Assembly: GCA_030141605.1 (NCBI GenBank)
Contig: JAQGDQ010000542.1
Coordinates: 62,001-126,000 of the forward strand
Reading direction: 5' to 3'
Origin: Tubiluchus corallicola
Taxonomy: Eukaryota; Animalia; Priapulida
DNA: 64,000 bases
Each line of letters starts with the position of its first letter. Positions within the stretch are counted from its first letter, which is position 1. The notes under the pieces are model-generated. The model ran no database searches. It saw only the letters and a program-made list of their open reading frames with translations, and was not told the DNA's origin. The position numbers and the translations under genes are program-made. Below are positions 25,880 to 36,800 of this stretch, in pieces.

Positions 25880-27225
25880 CATCGATGAAGAGTGTGTCAT
25901 CATCTCAAATGAAAGGAAGCAGAATGTAGCTGTAGCTAAACAAATTTTGCGCGACATTTATGTTGACAACTTTATTTCAGGAACTCCCACTCTAGATGAA
26001 GCCAAAGTTCTTTACAGTCAGAGTAAACTATTATTTTCGTCGGCAGGCTTCAACCTTAGAGAATGGGGGTCGAATGACGCAGATTTTTTGCATAGTATTC
26101 CTGTCGAAGACTGCATAAAATCAAGTGTTGTCAAAGTTTTAGGTATCACTTGGGACTTACAAAATGACACGTTATCTATTGCAAAGGTAGACCCTGATCG
26201 GTTGTTACAGGCTAATACAAAGAGACAGGTATTGAAAGCCTTAGCAAGCCTTTTTGATCCGTTGGGCGTCGCAAGCATTATAACAGTTAATGCAAAGTTG
26301 TTTTTGGCATCTTTGTGGAAAGAAAAACTAGATTGGGATGAACCCCTTTCTGAATCGCACTCAAAACGCTGGTGTGAAATTGCCTTAACGTTGCTTTCTA
26401 TATTCAATTTGCACCTTCCAAGGTGTATTAGCGCATGTGGGGCAGTATTTCAGTTAGTATGTTTCACAGATGCTTCTGAACTCCTAAACAGTTGTCGGTG
26501 TTCGTCGAAAATCGAATTTGTGAAATTCGAAAGCAGGTTCACACTCAGTTTCGATACGTTCCGTCTCAATCGAACCCTGCGGATGGCACAACTAGGTCAG
26601 GTGTCACTAAAATAGATTCGTTCTGGCTACACGGTCCGCACTTTCTCAAAGAAAATGAAAGTAACTGGCCTGAGAGCCAGTTGCCACCTCTAGAAGCTGA
26701 ACGACTGACAGGTGTAAATAGCGAATTAAGAAATAGCATACTTTATGAGACGCAGTTTTTAACACTCGATCAGTCCGTTCGAATTAATGAGCTGTCTATG
26801 TTTGATATAAACCGATTTTCTAGTCTAAACAGACTGTTAAGCACTACTAGCTGGGTGTATCGAGCTGTAAAGCGTTTTAAAGGGGAAAGGTGTGCTATAG
26901 GCCGTATTACTACAAATGAACGCTCCTATGCTAAGTTAAACTGGATAAAACACGTCCAAAGACAAACATATGTAGATAACGAAGGACGTGCGGCAGCGGT
27001 TAACCCAGCACTACAACAGCTAAGTCTTGCTTTAGATGAACTTAGATTATCAGATGCTTAGGTAGGTTGCAAAATGCTAATCTCACACAAGGTACGTCTA
27101 GGCCCATTCTCCTACCTAAAAACAATCAGTTTACAGTTCTGTTGGTAGAACATGTACACAAACTAAACCTTCATGTTGGCGTATCGCAGACGTTAGCATT
27201 ATTACGTAAAGAGTTTTGGGCAATT
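25880..27225 (+). mobile_element. BEL/Pao LTR-retrotransposon pol fragment (RT end, RNase H with internal deletion, integrase zinc-finger start)
   Basis: YVDN, FNLREWGSN, KVLGITWD, TKRQVL..LFDPLG, LWKEKLDWDEPL, FTDAS, FVENR..EIR, RYVPSQSNPAD, WLHGPHFL, PILLP..H....HVGV..T...LR.EFW; frameshifts; no LTRs recognised. Confidence 0.9.
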
Positions 27226-27695
27226 GTCGTGGTGACTTTTGCGACGACAGTAAAATGAAAACGAGAACTTTTCCTTGTGCCATAACGCTAAATTTATTCC
27301 TTTTACGAGAGCGCAATATACATGTTTTCTTTTCCATATCAACTCAACAACTAACTAACTTCTTTTAACTAGGTTAACTCCTTGAACCAGTTCCTACAGT
27401 TACACGTAAATTAACTCACAATGGCTTCTTTACGAAGCCCAAACTTCACGACAATACCTGCTTACAAACAAAACGGTACTTAACATGATTTTTCTACATA
27501 TATTATAGTGCACAAAAGCGAAGTAAAGATGACATAAAAGTAGGAAAGGTTCTGTTTACCGTGATTCTATTAAGTGGTGTCTACTGTATATTCGTAATTC
27601 GTATAAAACATTTTTGAGCTGCAAAATTGGTTTTAGCATTTAAATTTTCTCTATTTTTAGAAGTTTTGAATAGCTGACTGCCCCAAAAAATAAAG

Positions 27696-27873
27696 ATGGC
27701 ATGCGAGTCAAGTATTTTGCAACAGCTGAGGGATCTTGCAGCTATCTGTGTGAAATCTGATTCCACTGAAATTTATTATCCCAACACTGGCAGACAACCG
27801 GAACCTGTGCTACAGCGCCGTCTTCGGGAGATAACCTTTTCTACATTGTTTTCTCACTTAGCTGGACCACTGG
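27696..27873 (+). CDS. TUBGCP6: TUBGCP6 exon 1
   Basis: MACESSILQQLRDLAAIC..RRLREITFSTLFSHLAGPL|gtatgt. Confidence 0.85.
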
Positions 27874-30800
27874 GTATGTGCAACTTTTGTGTTGAAGTTA
27901 TCATTAAAGTCAAAGTTACTGCCAGGTGGAAGTACTTAAAATACGGCAAGTGTGTCTTGTGTTATTATACGTCAACTAAAAGCTTGTAGCGCTTGGAATG
28001 AGTTAAATTACGGGTGTCAATTTGGCCTCAGAGGTCATTTGAAAGTGCAAACAAGAGCAGGGACAGATTAGGTGAAGCCGCAATTTGTTTCTTTATGATA
28101 CAATGATTACGTTTCTTCATAAATAAATAAGATTATTGTTTGCACAAATGTTTCAGTTTAAACTTAAAGGATGAATAGTAATATAGAAATATTAACATAG
28201 CGAAAAATATGTGTATAAAATTAAATATCGGTTGTTTGTTTTTTGGCAAAATAGTTTCACGTTACTATTTTTATAGTTGGAGGGTTGGTTAAATGTTTTT
28301 TACGTCAAAATGTTGCATGTGAACTATCGCTTATTTTCAGTTTTAGTTAAAGTTTTTTATACATTTTTCCAGACTAAAAAGTTTTAGAAAATTTAAATTT
28401 TGCTTTTGCAACTTAAAAAATCCTACTCTCATTACGAATATTAAGTTTCTCTTGATTGTAAGCGCTATTAAATTTAAAGAATCGCCATTTTTCGTTGTGC
28501 GAGACGAGTATCGTAATGAGTACACGCACCAGGTGACCAAAGACTGGAAAACAAACATCCATAACCAAAGACGCTTTCTGTACCTCTCCACTCGCGCCAA
28601 AGATGTGAAACATGGCAATCTTTACGGCAGTACATGCATTCAAAATTTGCCAAAAAAGGTTAAGTTTTTTAATTTATAAGTCTCTTTTGTTTAATAATAA
28701 CATGAATTCTTTGTGTGATCATAATAATGTGTTAAAAAAACTTCAATGTCTCTTGGGGTTATTTAGACCTTTCATGTTTCTAATTCCAGGTACAGCATCT
28801 GGGTTTTCCCAAACCACTACTGAGACTCTAACGCCTCTCCAGCAATTATTAGCTGTCATTTACAAGATGCGCTTACACCGGGACTATGATCGTGCCGCCT
28901 GTCTTGAAGATTGTATTGATCGTCTTAAAGGTGTGCATAGTTCTGGCAATTTATAGTTGGAGTGTTTTAAAAAAAAATTTAAACATTTCAACTTTCGTTT
29001 TTGCGTAACACTGGTATGCTTGAATCTTATCTTAACACAGCTTTCCGTGCTAAATGCCTGTCAGAGAATGCCATATCAACTCCAAAGACATATAATTTTT
29101 TATTTATTCTCTTAATTGCAAAAAGTGTAGCAATGAAAAGTCGCATATAAAAAATTGGTACTACAGTTTCTATCTTGGTAAATAGTGTAGCATGTGGTAA
29201 TGAGAAATTAGCTTCTTTACTTAGAAAAGCATTGGCAGAGTATTAAGGTGTGTTCTGTGATGTTTGCTGAATATTGTTAGAATGTTTTTGAATTACCATG
29301 TTTGTTCTGAATCTCTGTGCCAAATTGTTGAGCTTACATGTTTCTCCTGAATCTTTTTGCCAAATTCTTGAATTAGCATGCTGGCTCCTTCCTTCTTATT
29401 GTTAGACGTGCATCATGCATAATCATACAAAGTCAAGTTTTCAAGTGACAAGTTTCTTAAAGTCTTAAATTTTCTTTCAATGTGTGCATCAAAAGTCGCG
29501 AGCGAATACGATGCCGAAATTTCCAGTGTGCCAAGCTTTGTGTATGACACATTTTAAGCTTAAGAAAACATTTGTGGTCAGAACTAATCAGAACTAACAG
29601 ATTCACTGATGATCAGATGAAGGAAACACTAATGCCCATTCTAGCTGTAATATATCAACTAAGTGTGGCCTGGCAGTCAATGACAGTACATTCATCATTT
29701 TCCAAGGTATAGAATCTGAAGACTAAAACAGTTTTTTTTAATAGCATGTCAGGGCATAATTATATTATATAATTATATTATATTATATTATATTATATTA
29801 TATTATATTATATTATATTATATTATATTATATTATATTATATTATATTATATTATATTATATTATATTATATTATATTATATTATATTATATTATATTA
29901 TATTATATTATATTATATTACATTACATTACATTACATTACATTACATTACATTACATTACATTACCTTACCTTACCTTACCTTACCTTACCTTACCTTA
30001 CCTTACCTTACCTTACCTTACCTTACCTTACCTTACCTTACCTTACCTTACCTTACCTTACATTACATTACAGTAGTATACTTAGTACTCATGTCCAGTA
30101 GAATGCTTAGTGCTCATGTCCAGTAGAATGCTTAGTGCTCATGTCCAGTAGAATGCTTAGTGCTCATGTCCAGTAGAATGCTTAGTGCTCATGTCCAGTA
30201 GAATGCTTAGTACCCATGTCCAGTAGAATGCTTAGTACTCGTGTCCAGTAGAATGCTTAGTTCTCATGTCCAGTTAAAAACTGATTTCATTTTCAGAAGT
30301 GGCAGGAAAGGACGGTGTGCTAAGTGAAGATGTCAAGAGCATGATACAGCTACTGTTATCGCTGGCAGGCTCGGATGAGAGAAGAATCGAGAAACGTCCC
30401 ATTTTTCGCATTCCTCAGAAATGCGTGACCAGACAGGTGTTACACCTTGTTTAAACATTTTATGGCTAATTTATTCATACCTGTGTTTTAAAATTAGATA
30501 TTAAGTTTGTTTATTTATCTCCTTTCAGTTTGACTAGATAAGGTGCCTACCACGTATAACGAGATATCCCATATTGAACCTTGTTGTAAGCCGCGCTGCT
30601 TCAGCATTGATCATCGGCAATTTCTTTTGCTAAGTACCTGTTCTAGTTTACAAACCCATTTTATCTTCATTTCTAGAAACTGAGAAAACTGCGACTCAAT
30701 TTGCCTTCCGGTCCACCGGTGTACGGTGACAGCAACTATCGATGCGTGGACGACTTACAGTATATGCAGTACCCAAGGTAACGGAATATTGTTGGGCAAA

Positions 30801-33800
30801 GACAGTACTTGAGTTAGCGCAATGTTTTCGTGGTTACAATATTAAGCAATGCCGGGTCCGGTTGATAAACCGATTGGTGACTTGTGAGAACTGCTTTTTG
30901 GTGGTTTGAGTTGCTGTACTGCCCACTCCGCCAGTGTTTCTAGTGAGAGAAGATTCGTATGATTCTGGTTGTAGTTAAGACATGTCAGCTACTTCTTTGT
31001 CTCATCACACCTTGATAATAGGCTGATTTCTAGTCCCACCAAGTGCTGCCACATACATTGCGCAGTCATTGCTTTTTGGTACTAAATCTAGGCCTTCCAG
31101 CATACCAAGCTGTATCGAAAAGAACATGTGATAATGACGATGTATTTATTGACCTCGTGTATCAGCTCTGATGCCAAGTGTTTGATGAATGGACAGTGGA
31201 ACATTTGAGAGGAAACTGCAGTTTGATATTTTTGAGTGTTCTTAACTTTTTTCATTGTGTGAGGTGACTGTCTTGTGGCATTATGTAATGTCCTGTTGAT
31301 TTTAGTTTCTTGCGCATCAAATAAAAGTTCTATGAAACTAGGAAGTAGTTTTTTAATGTAGCAGTCGACTTTGCTATAAGTGATTTCTCATCTCTGTGAA
31401 TCTGGGACTGTGTTTTTGCACTAACAGCACCCCTTCCAAATCTTTTTTTTTGCATAACCATAATTATAATAATTGACAAGATAATTAATGATAAAATGGG
31501 GTGAATGAGTTGGCAATAGTACTAGATTTTTCTTATACTTTCATGAAACTTTTTAATGCTAATAATGATGATTGTAAACTTACTTTTTTCACCTTAAGAA
31601 GATATTTGTATGTAAAATTATAATAATTATATATTTAGAAAGATTTTGTAGTTACCTGCTGTATGTTTAGTTTTTTTAGTTTCAAGTGGGAATGTGAGAA
31701 TATGTTTACTTAGCCTTGTGGATTATGGGATGAGTTATTCTTTTTATTTCAGGGAATTGCTGCAGAATGGATCAGATTCTGCTGCTCCAAAGTTTGACTC
31801 CGCTTTATTTAAAGCTAAAGTTGGTCTTGATTTGAAAAGACGAGAGCCTCCCAATTTCTGCTTTAATTTGCGAAAAACCGGTTCTTCGCCTCCCAGTGTC
31901 ATGCCGAAGTTGCTGCTGGGTTCTCAGGCAGAAAGCTGCACGAGTGATGCAAACATAGCACTCGCAGTGCCATCTATGGACACAAATAAACAACTAACAT
32001 TGAAGACATCAAAATTTTACTGCCAGAGAAGCAGTGAGGTAAAGTAAATAAACTTGAAATAAAGTTAAATTAAATTTAGCAAATTTATGGACTGATTTTT
32101 TATGAAAGATCCAGTTTTGGGACTTTTGAAATTAAATACGGAAATCTACATGCTTGTAACTTTCTGTCTGTCTGTCTGTTTATCTGTCAGAAGGTTTAGA
32201 ATTCTTCGTTTTCAGAGATTAAAATGATTTCTATTCTTGGCGAGATGTTGGGCTGAACAAAGTTCTTAAATACTTAAGAAGTATCTAAGTATATACATAA
32301 ATATATATTGAATTCTTACTTAAATCCTTACTTAAATTCTTCAGACTCTAAAACTTTCATGCTAAAACAAATCGAATGATGATTTTATCACATTGGCAAA
32401 TGGGCCATACACAGACTAAACCACTGACACAGATATTAAGCAGAAATTTTCAAATTAATAACAGAGGAGTAAGAGAGAAGGGGAAGCAATGGCAGGAGGG
32501 TGTGAGAGAAAGAGTGGAAATGAGGAGATGGGAGAAAGAGTCCTTGCAGTTTCCCTTTGGCGATATTAACTGAACTGATGTCATAAATCGTTAGACATTT
32601 TGCTAATTAAAGACAAATTTAATTTTTATTAAAAGCTTGTGAGTAATCTATAGCTACATTTATATGTGTAAGAAAATTCAAGTCCATTTTACTGTTTCTA
32701 AAAGAGCGAAGGTTAGCGGTGCACCGAATATTTGGATCACCCAGTTTTTTCAGTGATTTTATATCAGTATAAAACCTGGTACAGCAAACTATCAGTTGTG
32801 ATCACTAAATGTTCAGCAAACCTTCAGCATTCCGAAGTTACTTTTTAACAATTGTCACATTTGGTGAAAATTATACAAACCAAATATTTCCCTATAATGC
32901 TTAGAAATATTTATGTGATGAAATCTGATAGTAAACAGCGAACGCGACGTAGCAGTCGACATTTTGCTTTCTGTATGATAACTCGAAAAGTGTGGTGCTC
33001 TGTCGGTGCACAAGTCATGCCAATGCGCAATGGCATGGCGGTGCTGTAATTGTTTATACATGCTATACACAGGAAATAAGTCAATGAGTATTCTAGCAAG
33101 TAAACAATTATACTATTTCAGTTCTGCTTACTATTTTTTGTTGATTATAGAAAATAGTTTGAACAGATTTTGAAAGAATTAGAGTTGCTTTTAAAATACG
33201 TGATACTTTACTGTATAATATTCCACAAACACAAATTTAGTAATCAGAACAATTTTATACAACTCACCAATCACCACTAACTTAAACGATAAAACTTTAC
33301 AGAGTTTGTAATTCTTTTCAATTAGAATTACAATAAAATTTGCTTCAGTTTCAGTAAAAAAATTCGGTTCAGCTTCAGTCTGAAATTCCAATTTAACATC
33401 ATATTTTTTTCGGAATTCACTTTGGCAGCACAGCCGATCATTTGGTTAAACTTTGGTGTGGTAACACAAATAAAAAATTTGGTTTCGGTTCTGTTGACGA
33501 AAATGTGCCTTCGTTACATCCGTAGTGAAGGATTTATTTACTAAGATATTTTTTCCATCATTTTTCATTTTTTTTTTGCTTTTTTGCCACCATTTGTAGG
33601 AAAAGACAAAGTTTTTTGAGCCTGACGAGGGCTTCACGCAACTTTCGACTCCAAGTTCTGACACTGACGTAGCAACTGAATATGAGAAGTGTGGCGTTGT
33701 GCCAAAGAACATCTGGGAACGGGCGCTTGACTACATACCCAGTGATCACTATACTTGGGAGACCATTGGTTGGTAAGCATTTACCTTTCTCTCTTGCTAA

Positions 33801-36800
33801 CTTAAAGGAAAACCAGCTGATTGTGTAAACGTGAGTTCAGAATAAACTTAATATAACTTAAGCTTTCCACAAAATGAATAAAATTGTATGGCAATGAATG
33901 CAACCTAAGTGTCCAAAATCTTGCAAATGGTACAATGAAGTATTATACAAGCAGTTTCGAAATTACACTTAAATATTTAAACACAATTTGGATGGCCAGT
34001 TAACATAGCGAAAGCTTTTCTAACGCGTGCCGTCTTGTCAGAGTTAGTTAAATTATTGAGGCGACCTTGCAACTTACATTAAAAAAGTACACTATGTAAT
34101 CCCTTTTCAGCGAGAAAAGATACTGATTAGATATTGATTAAAAAAATATTGAATAAGTATTAATTAAGTATCAATTGATACCTGATTTGTTGCTCTTCAT
34201 GTCTCTTACAAGTTCTAGTGGAAGCACGGAGGTGAGTAAGATGGAGATAATCTTCTTGTCTAATTCACACAAAGCTCCAAACACTTGCAGCATCAGTATT
34301 CTTATTGACACACGGCTTTCCTAAAACAACATTCTCAACAATAATTACAGCCTTCTTACAACTTGTCTAAATAGGTGTATTTTTTTACTATCAATTTGAA
34401 CATGCTACAGCACAATGCAAGCCAGAATGCAGAACTCAGCGGGGATCTATTAATGAATCGCTTGTGGCGGTACTGGAGCCCGACTTATTATTAAAGCAAA
34501 ACCGGATGATTGTGTAGACATTAGTTCAAAATAAAATATGCTCTAAAATATTGAAAACTATAATAGTTAATTTTAAATCACAGCTTAGATTAAATAATAA
34601 ATACCTCGGATACTCAAATTTCGTTAAAGTTTCAAAAGTCAGTGAATCTACTAAGATTGGCAGCAGCGACTTTTTGTCACATGCGCGTGGCCGACAAATA
34701 GAAGGCGGTACCGTGATAATAATGATCATGAACTGCTGTGTCAGTTTCACGATGTCATATGATGTAAAGCCCATTTTTCGTGACATCATGTGTTTAAGCA
34801 GTGCTGTAACACCTATGCAAGTGTGCTTGGATGCGCAAGGGAAGATGCCTGCCATTGCACAAATTGTGGTTAGTTTCTGATGTAAGCAATACCTGTGTTG
34901 CCGTTAATTAACTTTCTAAGCTAATTAGTAAAATATAAGGAACATTTGTTAACTTTTATAGGCAAGAAAGTGTACATTTTGGATAGTAAATTAAAATGAA
35001 ATTGAGTCTAAACAATCGTCCAGTCTTCTTTAAGTAATGAGCTACTTTGCCACGTTTTTAAATGGGTGATTTTAAATTTTTGTAATTCCATTTTGATATC
35101 ACTGTTACTTTTTTTGTGACAATTTTTTTAGTATTCGACTCATACTTTTCAACAATTGTATTTAATTATTTATTTACAGTAGGCCAGGTCCAACCGAGAA
35201 GAAATATATGACAGAAGCTGGGCCAAAAATAGTTGATGAATTGTACAGGAGGCAGATTCGCGATGAAGCCATCTTGTGTCGAAATGTGGAAATTCCGGCA
35301 ATAAGGGAAATCTCAGAGAGACAACTCGTTGCCGACTTGGTGAACTTAATGTGTGGCATTGAATCGGAAACATTTAGACTTGATACGGTAAATGTCTGTA
35401 AATAAACGACTATCACATGAAAATTGAGTGAATTTATCGTTTCTCAAAGCTTTTTCAGAAAATTGATTTTTAGTATTCTGCATTGATAAGAAAAAATGAA
35501 AAGGTAGTTAATTAATAACAAGGTCTATTAGTAAATATATAGTAATAGCGCTATTTTGCTCTCCTTTTTCAAGTTACATTTAATGAATATCATAAAATTT
35601 CATTCTCATTTTAGTATTCTATATGTGATGGTTAGTATTCACATAAAATACTAAAATGTGAATGGAATTTTATGCTTTTCGTTTTATGCAACTTGCCAAA
35701 GAGAGTAGTGGTTTCCCGAAATATCTCTATTATTAATAGACCTTGTTGTGATTAATTAACTGCCTTTTTATTTTTATCAGTTTAAAAGGGTTTTCAGAAA
35801 CTATAAATTCGCTTATTTATTCTCATAAATGATCTATGGTTTACTCGCATGTGGTCAGATCTATGGTTTACTCGCATGTGGTCAGATCTATGGTTTACTC
35901 GCAGATTAATAAGCTTTGCAAAAAATATGTATTTACTAGTTTACATAGAATTTATGTTTGCTCGTATATTTTTCTAGGAACAGCAAAAATTTTGCATTGC
36001 TCCTGGCTTGTACATTTCCGGGATTGATCCGGAATGCCTCACAGACATGCTGTCCGACAGCGCAGAATGCGGCACTTTTTTTTACAGGTGAGTTGATTGT
36101 AATTCTTATTGTACTTATTGTCTTATTGATGCTTGAATAGTTTCATAAATAAAAGCATCTCTAAATTAATTCAAAAGACTCCTTTGATTTTTTTTAGAAG
36201 CCGACACTTTATCAACTTATGATTTTCTCAGTAGTCATCCATCCATTTAGAGGCTTGACTCAACACTGTTTAACCTCGGCATCTAAACATGCACAATTTA
36301 CATTCTTCTCGCTTGGTATATTAAGTATTTTATACACAAGCAAATGTTTTTTTAGCTACTTTTTTGTTTAAAACACCTAAACGAAACTTCATGTTTATTA
36401 ACTTTTTTTGGAACCTTGTCGATGATATACTAAGCATAATGTGAATGGAATGCTTATCATTTATACTTTCATAGGTTAATCGATTGGTCCAAGCCACCTG
36501 TAATGAATTCAAGTTACACTCAAGGTTTAGTCTATCAGTCGTTTTTATCTGGACTGCGCAACTACTTACGCCAGTATCAGGCTTGTATTCTTGCTGTACC
36601 GCTGACTAAAACTTTATTGGAAGTTGTCTACCTGTTTCAACCGTTGCGTGCACAAATCAGGTGAGTTTAACTATTTAGACAAAATTGTATTATAATCACA
36701 TTATAAAAGCTTCATCAATAGATCTTCAAGCACTCTGGGATATGATGGCAACATTTTTTATCTTATTTTTTGTTCAAGATAAAAGTAATACAAAAGACAC

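Noticed and set aside
29964-30060. (TTACC)n as an interstitial telomere
   Set aside because: It is not TTAGG or TTAGGG on either strand, and it derives stepwise from the adjacent TTATA/TTACA blocks.
30529-30633. Possible TUBGCP6 exon after the strong acceptor at 30528
   Set aside because: Stops in all three frames within 15 nt; exon 30677-30777 supplies the required phase.
34526-34880. Overlapping 109-aa ORFs as a transposase
   Set aside because: No DDE or zinc-finger motifs, and the paralogous MITE at 15.6-16.2 kb has no matching ORF in the track.
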